64,000 nucleotides of DNA from Chrysomallon squamiferum (taxonomy: Eukaryota; Animalia; Mollusca), in contig CM022673.1 in NCBI GenBank assembly GCA_012295275.1, positions 4,030,001-4,094,000 of the forward strand, in the 5' to 3' direction. How positions within the stretch are numbered: position 1 is the stretch's first letter; the number at the start of each line of letters is the position of its first letter. The notes below the pieces were generated by a model that saw only the letters and a program-made list of their open reading frames with translations, did no database searches and had not been told where the DNA came from. Position numbers and translations under genes: made by a program. Shown here piece by piece: positions 1 through 11,954 of the stretch.

Positions 1-158
1 TTGGTTATAAACAAATGAAAATGACTAACCAAGTAGTTATCATATTTGTTGAAAACATTTTTGCAAAAATAATGGCCTTGTTTAAGAATTTTACACAGAA
101 TTAATGATAAAATAAATAAAAAAGTGTATTTTAATTCAGTGTTAATATTCAAGGATAC
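1..158 (-). other. U12-type (minor spliceosome) intron of NIT1, 5' part
   Basis: The exon ends GGG CTG GCA ACT and the intron begins GTATCCTTG (158-150), matching the U12 donor consensus RTATCCTT. The 3' end is outside the window. Confidence 0.8.
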
Positions 159-1357
159 AGTTGCCAGCCCAACTTTACCAACAGGTGTCTCCACTGGTGG
201 TGTTATCTGCTTTCCCGGGATGGTGTAGTCACTCTCACTCAGCCTCACCTTACCAGCAATGTCAAGGTCAAACAGATGGCTTTTGTTATATGTTGCTTTT
301 ATCTTACCATCACTGCTGATAATTAAATGTGTGTTTAAAACTCTCTTTTCGGTGTCTGATACCTGAACATACAAATAAAAAATAAAATAAATAACCAATG
401 ATTAAGATCCTTAGCTTTCTCCAAAATTTCTTTGCAAAAACCAATGCCAAAACTTTGTCAATACTTTTTCAAATTCAGTATTTTTTTCACCATTAATCTT
501 CCTTTACCAAATAACAAATAACAAAAGCTTGAATGAAAAGTATTAATAATATTACAAATTACATATGCATCTTAAAACAAACCTTCTGATGAATTCCACC
601 AATAGAAAGCCACATCCCATTATCCACTGCAGCTTGCTTGAACTTTGACACTGTGCTGCCCTCTAGTGGCTCAGCCATTTGTACAGACAAATCTTTAGAT
701 TCAGCAATATAATCACATGCTTCGGGTAAAAATACCATCTAAAAATATTAATGAGAAACCTTAATCAAAACATGTTAAAGGAATCCAGTTTTAAGAAATA
801 TTACCAAGTATAATTTATTAAATCTAGCTTTGTAAGATATGTTTAAAAAAAATGAAAAGACAATCTGTTCTGTTTATTTTTAGTTTTGAAATGTTTCTTA
901 AAGTTTATATACATTTTATATGTTATTTTATATAACATTACTTTGATTCATTTGATGTTTGTATGTGTATATATATGGTTTGTTTTATTAAAAAATGCTT
1001 CAGAATTACCTTATTTTTAATTTGAATTACATTCTTATTAGTTGTGCATAGCCTGAATTCAATCCTCTAGTTAAATATGTGCAAAATACTTATGTGATTA
1101 AATCATATCTAAATTAACCCTAATTCCTCAATTACATTTATGTATAAATATACCTTAGCACCTCTCATCTTTGCTTTTTTTATAAGACTGATGCAAGTCT
1201 CAAAGTTTGTGGTTCTGTCACCAGTACTGGTCATCTGACAGACTGCAACAACAGGATTCAGTTTTGACAATGTTGCCATTTTTCTTTTTTGTCTATAAAG
1301 ATGTGTGACAAATTTTTGTAATTTTCTGCCTGCAACTGTGACACTAACAGCACTCAT
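159..1357 (-). CDS. NIT1: Nitrilase-like protein 1 / deaminated glutathione amidase (NIT1 or NitFhit N-terminal domain); partial, 3' part lies beyond the left edge
   Basis: Exons 1154-1357 (acceptor gives exon start 1393), 583-738 and 159-362 join in frame with GT-AG ends. Translation includes VVAVCQMTSTGDRTTNFETC...GAK|MVFLPEACDYI...GMWLSIGGIHQK|...YNKSHLFDLDIAGKVRLSESDYTIPGKQITPPVETPVGKVGLAT. This carries the catalytic Glu (FLPE) and Lys (YxKxHLFD) motifs of the carbon-nitrogen hydrolase family; the catalytic Cys would start the next exon. Confidence 0.93.
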
Positions 1358-2376
1358 TGACAATACAATCAAGATCCCAGTGACACGTTGTCTCTGAAAG
1401 GATACATTTTATAACTCAAGAGCATATTCTTTATTGCAAATATGTCATACTTAAGTTCCAATTCTTAATGATGATGATGATAATGATACAAATAATGATA
1501 ATGATAATAATAAATATGTTTTCTCACTCTCCACAAATGGAACCCATTTTTTTTTATATCCCATCACTTGACAGTTTGCTCCCCAATATACATTTATCAA
1601 TCCTTCATGCTGCATGCAGCTATTACATACAGTTTTAAAAAAATACAAATATGTATGTTAGGATTCATTAGTAACTACAGGTTTTTTTTATTTATTTATT
1701 TTATTTTGTTTTTCTGTATATCAGATCTGTGACAGTTCATTTATAGGACGCTTGTTCCGCGACATTCGTTTAAAACGTAACAGTTCTTTATAATTGTGTG
1801 GTCTGTCATCAAACATTATAACAGGTTTTGAATTTATCTGGGATTAAAAAATAATGTGTTTTCAAACTTAATTCTGCACTTCAAGAATGAAGGATAACAG
1901 GCAGAGTAAACGAAACTACTTCGTGGATTTTGAATATTCTTCTTTTTTTTTCTTTTTTTATGAAATCAAGAGCATTTGTTTGACAGCTGAACAATATTTA
2001 CACAACACTATTTCGATCGTGGTGATGTAACTATTATTTCAGTTCAAACATAGGACTATTACATTAGTTTTTGCATTACTATTGTTAATTTTAATACTAC
2101 TGAGAGTGAGATTGAGAGTGAGAGTGAGACTCAGAGTACAAGCTCGTTGTAGTTTTTTTTCAGAAACAAAGTATGAACTGATATGTTGTTGTTCACTGTT
2201 TAATTTCCAGGTTAATGATCTATAAAATATTACCATGAAGTGTCACCTGGAATATTCAGTTTCTATATTATTTCACTTCAGATAAAGCATGACACAGTAA
2301 GAGCGTTACGAATTATTTATAATCATGTTACTAAGTAATTCCCTCCTATCCTCAAAGAACCATATAAATCGTTTAC

Positions 2377-2860
2377 CTTGGGATGTGCTAAACGCAGATA
2401 CCCATTAGTTCTTTGAACTCAGACGTCTACTGTATTTTCAGGATCGTCTATACCCCTACAGTTACACATGTTGAATGCATAGACACTAAATACGTACGTA
2501 GATGAATTTCAGTTTTATGTAAATGAGATGATCATGCTTTGACTGTATCCGTGTTCATGGTCATTTGCTTATAAGTTATATTTTTACGGAAACAACATGT
2601 TAATAAAGCATTTCCAAATAATTATTAATAATATTTCTAACGTCACTACTTTAAGTGGTTTTTACTAAATATATCCACACATGAGATTAAATGGAATCTT
2701 TTCCCGCAGAATGTTGGAATAATAAAGTAAGATTATTTACCGTTGCAGGTATGATCATGCATAATGTTACGACTTCCTCACTGTTAATACAACAGCACAT
2801 ATCATTATACTTAATGTTGACACAGTTTTGAAACAGACTGCGTCACTGAACTAATGAGTG
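2377..2860 (-). promoter_or_regulatory. Putative NIT1 promoter and alternative first exons
   Basis: Two candidate donors on the minus strand: CAAG|GTAAAC (exon end 2377) and AACG|GTAAAT (exon end 2741). The region is CpG-richer than its flanks. Confidence 0.4.
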
Positions 2861-2925
2861 GAAAAAATGTCCATATATATATCTATATACACACACACAC
2901 ACACATATACATATACACACATATA

Positions 2926-3113
2926 TAGTTGGGTAACATTTTTTAACAATTTAATCTTGCTGCTTCTCTAGTTCCAGGAAATAAGCCCTTATTAATTAAG
3001 TAAACTGCGCTATATATATATACTTAACTGATAAAGGCTTATTTCCTGGGACTACAGAAGCAGCAAGAATCAATCTTTTGGGCTGTTTCCCATTAAAAGA
3101 TGTTGCCCAACTA
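2926..3113. mobile_element. Foldback/palindromic MITE-like element, probably Tc1/mariner-type (TA context)
   Basis: Outer inverted repeats 2926-2946 and 3093-3113 match at 19/21. Inner inverted repeats 2955-3002 and 3021-3068 match at 43/48 around an 18-nt loop. The left end sits in a TA/CA microsatellite. Confidence 0.75.
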
Positions 3114-3699
3114 CATTATATGGTGTTTGTTTTACTATCAGTGGAAAAGGCCACTAATTAGTAACAATAATACTAGCCAGTAATAGCTTTCCTTTCTAAT
3201 ATATACATAATAACAAATTTCATTATTATCACAGAGCTCCTACAAGGTATTAAAACCCATACAAACCTAACAGTACCAAGTTGTCAACATTGTTTTCATC
3301 TTTAATTTTCCTGAAAATGTTCAAACAATTCATAGTTATACCTGACAGTAACCTGCTGAACTGTGGCAGTAAATGTACTATGTTGCTCCACAACCAGACA
3401 ATATGATTATATATTCAACTAATCATCACAGCTGCCATAATGGAAATGAACCAAGAAAAAATGAAACAAAATTGGCTATGTAAAAAGGTAATGGAAAGAA
3501 AGAAACAGTTGTTGGTACTTTATCAGGAAGTAAAATAATTCATAAAAAACACACAAATCACAATTTAATGTTTTGATTTTATTGCATATTTATCACATGA
3601 CATTTTGTGACACATTTTAACAATTCATTTACATATTCATTATACTTATCATACACATTATTTTATACCACATGCAGAATTCATATCACATTATCACAG

Positions 3700-4420
3700 T
3701 TATTCACTGTAACCATTGGATTACCTTCCAGACAGAAGGATAGTGACATCTTACCATATTGAAACACTTTTTGTTCTACACTTCACAGATATTATTTGTA
3801 TGATGGCAGTAGGTTAGAGTGGTCTCATGGACAGTGCATCCACAAGGAGGATAGAGTTGTAAAGCTTGTCAGTCAGAGATTGGGGGTTCATCAACTTGGA
3901 GACAATCACAAAGAAGCTGCCACTAAGAACATCTTGTTGAAGTAGGAGACAAATCCTTGGCTTGTGATGGTCCACTGTCTTGACTTGCATTCGGAACCTC
4001 ATCAACTGATAGCAATGCTACATAGATCACATACACCTGGAAAAACATAGCTGGAGCCATAGGAATGCTACTATCCATAACAATGGTACTAGATGTAGTC
4101 ACTTCTGTACCAAAAGTGAACTGAAGGAATGGCTCTAGATGTGGGAATATGGTTTATTGAAACTCCTTTGATAATGACAAGTCAGCAAGGCAGGAGGAAC
4201 CTATATTGGTTACTTAAACTATGCTTGACACTGTCTTAAAGTGGTCACAACTACATGTGGGTCCAGTGTTGGCAGTGGTCCAAACTTAAATATGGCTTGT
4301 CTACACAGCTTGTAGATTGGGTTATGCAAGCTGTTACAACACTTGGTACACATAACATCTGTAGCATCGGACACATGACTGAAGAAATTGTTATATCCAG
4401 TGTATTAGAGAACTGAACTG
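3700..4420. other. GC-richer, decayed coding-like segment, probably an old mobile-element fragment
   Basis: Abrupt change to more balanced base composition, with short broken frames (e.g. minus ...DVMCTKCCNSLHNPIYKLCRQAIFKFGP...). No recognisable domain or termini. Confidence 0.3.
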
Positions 4421-5464
4421 ATGGGCCAATAAGAACATTTATTCTTTCACTGAATTACAGAGCAGGGATTTGTGATCTAGAATGACATAATTATATAATA
4501 CAGATTATCAGTTGGGAATTTATTCACTTATAATTACTGGGTAAAACAGATTGTTATTTGGGACACATTATAAGTTATTATTGCTTAAAATATATATATA
4601 TTTTGGGAAACTAAACATCTAAATTTGGAACACTACTTCCATTACTTTTTTCCCCTCTTTTCTTTTTTTCCATTTCCTTCTTTTCAGTATTCAAACTGAT
4701 CATAGCATCAGTAATCTATGTACTCATAGGTTTTTTCCATTCCAACCACACTAGTTTATAAAAGATTATTTTGTATGCTTTCTTCTCAATTTTGAAGTTG
4801 TACATAAAAGATAACCAGCTTCTCAATGAAAAATAAGATACAGCACCCAGACTCAAAAGACAAAATGAAAAATTGTTATTTGTAATTAATAATTTTAATT
4901 TGCACTTCATTTTATATGACATACTGGAGGTGGGGGAATAATCAAATATTTGTAATCAACTTAAATATAATTGGATTCTTTTTACTATGTTAACACAAAA
5001 CCTCTAGCATATATATTTTTCTTGAGGTATAGCTAATAAAGGTTCACTCACAAAGTCAGTTTTACACACAGAGTTTGAAAAAACTTGTAAATATGCACAC
5101 ATAATACAAATTGCAACAATCCTTTAGGCCTTTATGGAAATTTTTAACAAACACTCATGATTTGATTCTGTCTTTCTAAACTCATTTTGGATTTTGTTAA
5201 GAAGATAATTATTTCCTTTTTTAAAGAACCAAAAATTTGATATCTTGTTTTCTATATTCTGAAAAAAACAAATTTGTAAAAGACATATAACAGATTTATA
5301 ATAATAACAATAATTACATTAAGCACATTCCTACATTACTGACAACATGATGTTAACAATGATTACACCAAATGAAACAAAACAGAAAAGAATTTCAAGG
5401 CATTGTCTGATTGTACAAAAAGTAAAATGTTCATGGTCTTTCAATAGTACATGAGTTATTAAAC

Positions 5465-8400
5465 TCATACAGTGGCATCCAGGGACATGCATTTACAGGA
5501 ACAACCAGTCACAGGACATTCTGAATGCTGGCTACAAAAGATAAAAAACAAAACAAAATTAAATCAGCCAAATTAATGATCTATATCATTATATGTGTTT
5601 ATAAATATTTGAAACAAATTTTTTAATGAATAATATTCATTTACTTATGAAATGAGGAAATAAATTCAGCAAAGTATTATACTTCAGTGTTTAAGTTTTA
5701 ATAGTCTTACAGTAATTTATGTAACAACAGGAAACAAAAAAAAAGGAAGTATATAATTAAATGGAAAATTTACTGTAATAATTGAGTACCTACAACATAA
5801 GAAACTGATAAGATTTAAAAAAAAAAGAAAAAAGAAGCATATGTGAAATTAAGACTTAATGTCTAAACAACCCCCTTAAAAAAAAATGTTTTCTTTACTT
5901 TTTTAAAGAGACTATGGTTATAAATAAAAACAAGTGATAAAAATTACCTAAACCACTGAGTGATGTGAGAGGAGTGACCTCCATGTCTGCAGGTCTGACA
6001 CCAGGTGAACCAGTCTTTAAATACTGACAACTTACTGTCTTTCTCAGAGTCTGAAATAGGCACGTTTACATTTAATAAGGCAGTATTGATAATTTACAAA
6101 CAAGAAAATTATGTCAGTCCTGTTTATAAACTAATATAATGTGAATCCTGTTTAAATAAAATAATATCAGTCCTTTTTTCTTATAACAAAATAATATATT
6201 ATTTATATAAAACTTATACATAAAACAATATAGGTATCTATATTAAAAATAAGAAAATGGTTCTGTGTTCAGCTCAATAAATTGCACTGGCACTGATTAA
6301 TCTATTCTTATTTATAATGTAAAAATATTTCTTTTTGAGATTTGATTAAAAAAATTAAAATACCTGATTTTTCTTGGCCTATACCAGTTCCAGAAGCTGT
6401 ACCAAGATTCGTTAAACATAAGGCACACCGGGGAAGGGATTTCCTACAGCTGGGACAACAAGTAATCTACAACACATTTAAAACAAAACAAAAAAATATA
6501 TATACTTAGTACAAAGATATCTGAAACACTAAAGTTTCATTAACACTACAATAACATATCAATGTTATGGAAATAACAGAATATGCATTTCAGAAAGTTA
6601 ACATATTTCAAACTTACAGGTTGAATAATTAAACAATCAGTGTTTTAATACAAATACATCTATGATTCACTGCTTGCAATTCAGTTATAATTTACAGTAG
6701 AGAGTGAACTAAAAACTGAACATCCAGGCATACTGAACCAATGGAAACATGGTACAACACTAACAGAAATTCTGTTATAAGTTTAATAGTATGAAAACAT
6801 GGAAAGCAAAAATTCTTAATCTTAATAAGTTTTATAAATCCCTACTTTTGGTTTATAGTGGACAGCTCTACCAAAACTGTGTGGTATGTAAGATCTTGAT
6901 CTGGCAATGGTTGTAGTAGTGCTGGTGATGTGTTTACCACAGAAATTACAGCTCACAAACACTTGGGCAGGCACACGAAGAGTGCTGTCCCTTTGCTGAT
7001 GAATAATATCAAACCTGGCCCTAAGGAGAAATAAAAAAGCTGCATAACAAATATAAGCCAAAAATTGTTATTTTATAGAAATTCCAGAATATGAAACCTG
7101 ACCCTAAACAGATAAATAAAAAAACCCCACAAAACTCCCCCACAATTAAAATAAATATAAGCCAGACATTTTTTAATTTTATTTTATAGAAATTAAAAAA
7201 TTTAAATAATTCCAGAATCTTGAACATAGCCATACAAAAAAAAAAAAAAATAATAATAATAATAAAAAATACAATAAACAACAAACAATACAAAAAAAAT
7301 GAATATAAGCCAAAAAAAAAAAAAAAAGAATATAAAAAAATTTGATTTACAGAAATCAAAAAATTTAAATAATTCCAGAATGGCAGGAAAACCAAAAAAA
7401 CCCAAAAGAAAACAGTTTTAAATCAGACACGAAATTGTAATCAATTATCTGCATTATTAAAACATATTACTGAATTACCTCATTGAAACTAAAATATTAA
7501 AAGTCAATTACCTGTCATGCCACAGACCCCACATATCCAAAAGTTCACGATAGCTGAAATAAAAACAAAAAATTAACAAAAATAAAAAATGAAACATATT
7601 TCCAGTTTGAGAACACATTTTAAAACTAAATGTGTAAAACAGGCTTAAAAAATATATATAGATAAACATGGTTAGAATAAAATATTCATTAATATGCTTC
7701 AAGTTTAGTCATTTTATACTTTTTTCACTACCCAGTTGTATGTATTTTAAACTGTTATAAAAATATAATTTTTTTATTTACAAAAATATTACCTTTGCAG
7801 CCATATTATTTTAAACTTATTTAAAAATTGTGTTTGTGTATGTATGTATGTATGTATGTATATATATTTGACCTTTGTATCCATGTTGCACATCGTCCAT
7901 CTTTGGATATTTCATTAGGCAGGGAATACACGATAGCTAAAGCTGCTGTTTGTATATCACAAGTGTTGTCTACATACTGCTGTAGCAGATCCAGTCCATC
8001 ACTTGTCATTCCTGGAGTGAAAATAAAACATTACTTAACATTCCTACAGTAATTTACCATCACTTGTTACTCCTTGAGTCAAAATAAAACATTACTTAAC
8101 ATTCCTACAGTAATTTACCATCATCACTTGAAAATAAAATAAAACATTCTTAACATTCCTGTAATTTACCATCACTTGTGAAAATAAAATAAAACATTAC
8201 TTAACATTCCTACAGTAATTTACCATCACTTGTTACTCCTTGAGTCAAAATAAAACATTACTTAACATTCCTACAGTAATTTACCATCACTTGTCATTCC
8301 TTGAGTGAAAATAAAATAAAACATTACTTAACATTCCTACAGTAATTTACCATCACTTGTTACTCCTTGAGTCAAAATAAAATAAAACATTACTTAACAT

Positions 8401-11400
8401 TCCTAAAGTAATTTACCATCACTTGTCATTCCTTGAGTCAGAATAAACATATTACATTACTTACCATACCTAAAACATAACATAAAAATTTATATCCTAT
8501 ATGTCATTTGTCCTTTATCAGATCAAAATAAATATATTTTTTTAAAATTTACATTGAGAATTGATTTTATTTCTTTCAAGTAGGAAATTAAAATAATAAA
8601 AAATACAAAAGTGTTCATGTAAAAATAATATTTAAACTATTAACCCTCAATTTCACAGACTAATAGGGGTGGGGAACACTAGTCCATAAAATGCATAGGT
8701 CTGGAAAATCGCAAATGTAAATATTAAACCAAAAATTTATCGAAACGTTAAACTTTAGTACACATAACAAGTATGTAATAAGTAATATAATAATGTAAGA
8801 TCAGTATAAAGATATAAAAACCAATGTAAACAAATGTCATGCGTCATATGCGTACAATAGACTAGGCTGGTGGAAGTTTGTTACTTTATGATCGTATGGT
8901 TGCATTGTCAAATTTATTCTTTACCTTAATGGAAAATAGGTTGAGAGACATTTGCCATGATCAGAATAACTTAAGAACAAATGGGAAATAGCTATAAGCT
9001 CAAATTTTGTGACTTTTCAAGATTAGATCTGAATTTCAGGAAATCTGGAAAACTGGGGTCCATGAAACTGAGGGTCAACAGTATTTTTATTATTATTTTA
9101 ATTCAAGATATGAACAACTTACCAGTGACTAATAATCCATCAAGATCACCAGCTTGTTTTAGCTCTTTGGTAATTTCTTCAATAAACTCGTTTAACTGTT
9201 AATACAAAAAATAAAAAACAAATAAACCTGTATTTAAAGTGCTTTATTATTATTAATAAAATAAAATTTAAAAACAGATTAACAGAATAATAATAGTAAA
9301 GAAATAGCAACAAAGCATTTTATTTTGGTCTGAAACTAACTGATACTTAAAAATTGTTAAAATAAAAATAATTATCATTTTAATCATGTTCTTTTATTAA
9401 CAAGAATAAAAATTTAAAATGTATACTGTGTTATTATTATTCATAAATATGTGTGTATGCTTTTACAACATGTTTGAGACTAACCTTTTTGTCAGCAAGG
9501 TATTTACATGCAAATGCTATTCTGTCTTGCACTGCCATTCCCCGTTCATGCTAAAACACAAATATTTCTCTTAAAATTAGTCACCAAAAATCTAGATTCT
9601 TATACAAAAGGAAAATTTTTGTTCAAGAAGTAAGTTTTTTAATTCTAATAGATTCATTTATTCTGAAGGAGACTGGAGCAAACACTGTAAAACATGAATA
9701 AATAAAACTATCAGAACAGAGCAGCCAAATATAACTTTACTTTTAGTTTAAGTTAGATGTGACACATCTTCGTAATGATTTCTCTTTCTAACCAGGAACA
9801 TATGCTATTAAACTACTGACCAAAACATCTTTATAGCTGTCTCTGTCTCCCACCAGGAATGCAAACATGGCTCGGAGATAGGGGTGTGTGAGTTGTAGTC
9901 TCAAACTCATACATGTTTTCTGCCACAAAACATTCTTCTCATCTGCGTAACCAGCCAGTGCCATTGCTACAGCATTCAGATTTTTTTTTCCTTATAAATG
10001 AACAAATTTTTATATTATACTGAATTTACATAAATGCCTTTTTATTAACAGCATTTGACAACACAATTTATATCACATTTTAACTGCTGGATTTACGTTA
10101 ATACCAATTTATTAACTTCATTTAACAAAAAAATTTATATCACATTATTAATTACTACTATTCTAATTAAATAACTATTTATTAATTTCATTTAACTATT
10201 CAATTTAGATCACATTTTGAACCACTGCATTTACGTAAATACCTTTTTATTAACTTCATTTAACAATATAATTTACATAACATTTTTAACTCTTACATTT
10301 ATTTAAATACCTTTTTGTTATCTTCATTTAATCAAAAAAATTTGTATCACATTTTTAACAACTCAATTTACTTAATTAGCTTCATTTATTTATTTCACAG
10401 TAATGTATTAACAGGCTGTTAGGTAATGGTAGAGATGTTGACTGAGGAACTATTATTTACAGGATTAAACACTGTAAATCAAAGACATGGAGAAAATGCA
10501 TGTGAAAGATCCTGTTTTGGTTCCACAATATAAATTTCTTCAGTTCAATATTTAGTAACTGTTAAGATAATAAAAACCCATGCAGTTAAATATTTAGGAT
10601 TCTAAAAAAATTTTTTTTTTTTTTTTTTTTTTAAAAGTATAACAAATATTTAATTTAAAAAGTTGTACATGTGTTCCAATTTAACCAAAATAAATCAGCT
10701 AACTGTAAATGAAATATAAATAATATGGCTATCAAAATTACTGTCCAACATAAAAATGTTTATGAATTGAAAACTACATTTAAAAAAAATATAATTTTAG
10801 TTAAAACTTTTTCTGCATCTGCACCAGCACTAAGAATGTCAAGTGCCTGCTTCATTCTTAGATTAAACAAAGCTAGAGCAGCTGCCTTTTCATACAAACA
10901 ATCATTCTGCAATCTTTGAAAAATAAACATAGAATTAAGTGTTAGACATAAAAACATTTCTCCTGAAATACACTGTAGTTCAATTTATTAAGCAAATTTG
11001 ATTTGAAGTACCTTAGCTCAGAAAGAAAGAAAAAAAATCTCTTCAGTACTGTGGTAGGCAATGCTATCTAAAAACAAATATGTGGACTGGTAGAAACAGA
11101 CAAAGCAGCATTCTGGTGAAATAAAAATGTGACATTAAGCACCAGAGGTTCTGTCATAACTCACTATACAAATCTATGACTATAGTTATGGGGAAGTCTA
11201 AATCATGACCATCTTAGTGGTAACTATAGGTACTCAGAAGATTAATAAAACTATCAAATTAAATGAATTTTCAATACTAGTGTTTCATGGAAATTCAAAA
11301 GTATGACCACAACTGAGGTAAGAAAAGATACTCAAAAGGTCAAAATAATATCTAATTAAATGGATTTTTTCTGCACAGGTCAAAACATCAACTATCACTG

Positions 11401-11915
11401 ATCATGAGAACTGGATAGACAGATGGACATGTAAGGCAAACTTACTGCTTCAACAACTGATCAAGAGTAACTGGCTGATCTTCATCTGTGACCCAACAAC
11501 ACAGCTCTAGTGCTCGAGATCTGAAACAGACATTTTTTTATTTATAACAATGTATATATATATTTTTTTTAAAGCAAGAAAAACAATAATTTGAAAGACA
11601 AGGAAATAACTTAGACAGTTATAGACGTTTGTTGATCATGGATAGTGACAATGTTACCCTCAAGGCATTCCATAATTAAAATATTAAATTCTCTTAAGTT
11701 TTTTAATAGTAGTAATTATAAGTAACACTAAAATAAACAATGAAATAAAAAAAAAATAAGATAAAATAAAATAAATTTAAATTTTAAAAAAGAGAAGAGA
11801 AAATAAGAGAACAGAAGAAGACAGGATACAAATAAAATAAAATAAAATAAAATAAAATAAAATAAAATAAAATAAAATAAAATAAAAATGATTGAAATTT
11901 TTAAAAAAAAATAAT

Positions 11916-11954
<39 letters not shown>

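Noticed and set aside
1397-1405. Perfect GTATCCTTT on the minus strand just before the NIT1 exon acceptor
   Set aside because: It is part of the pyrimidine tract of a normal acceptor; one chance copy of this 9-mer in such an AT-rich window is unsurprising.
7996-8465. CRISPR-like appearance of the regular repeat array
   Set aside because: Whole units repeat with no unique spacers, there are no cas genes, and the context is a eukaryotic intron.
10450-10480. 11-nt AG..GT candidate microexon in MIOS intron 18 as a fix for the phase problem
   Set aside because: From the phase-0 donor it exits in phase 2, not the required phase 1.
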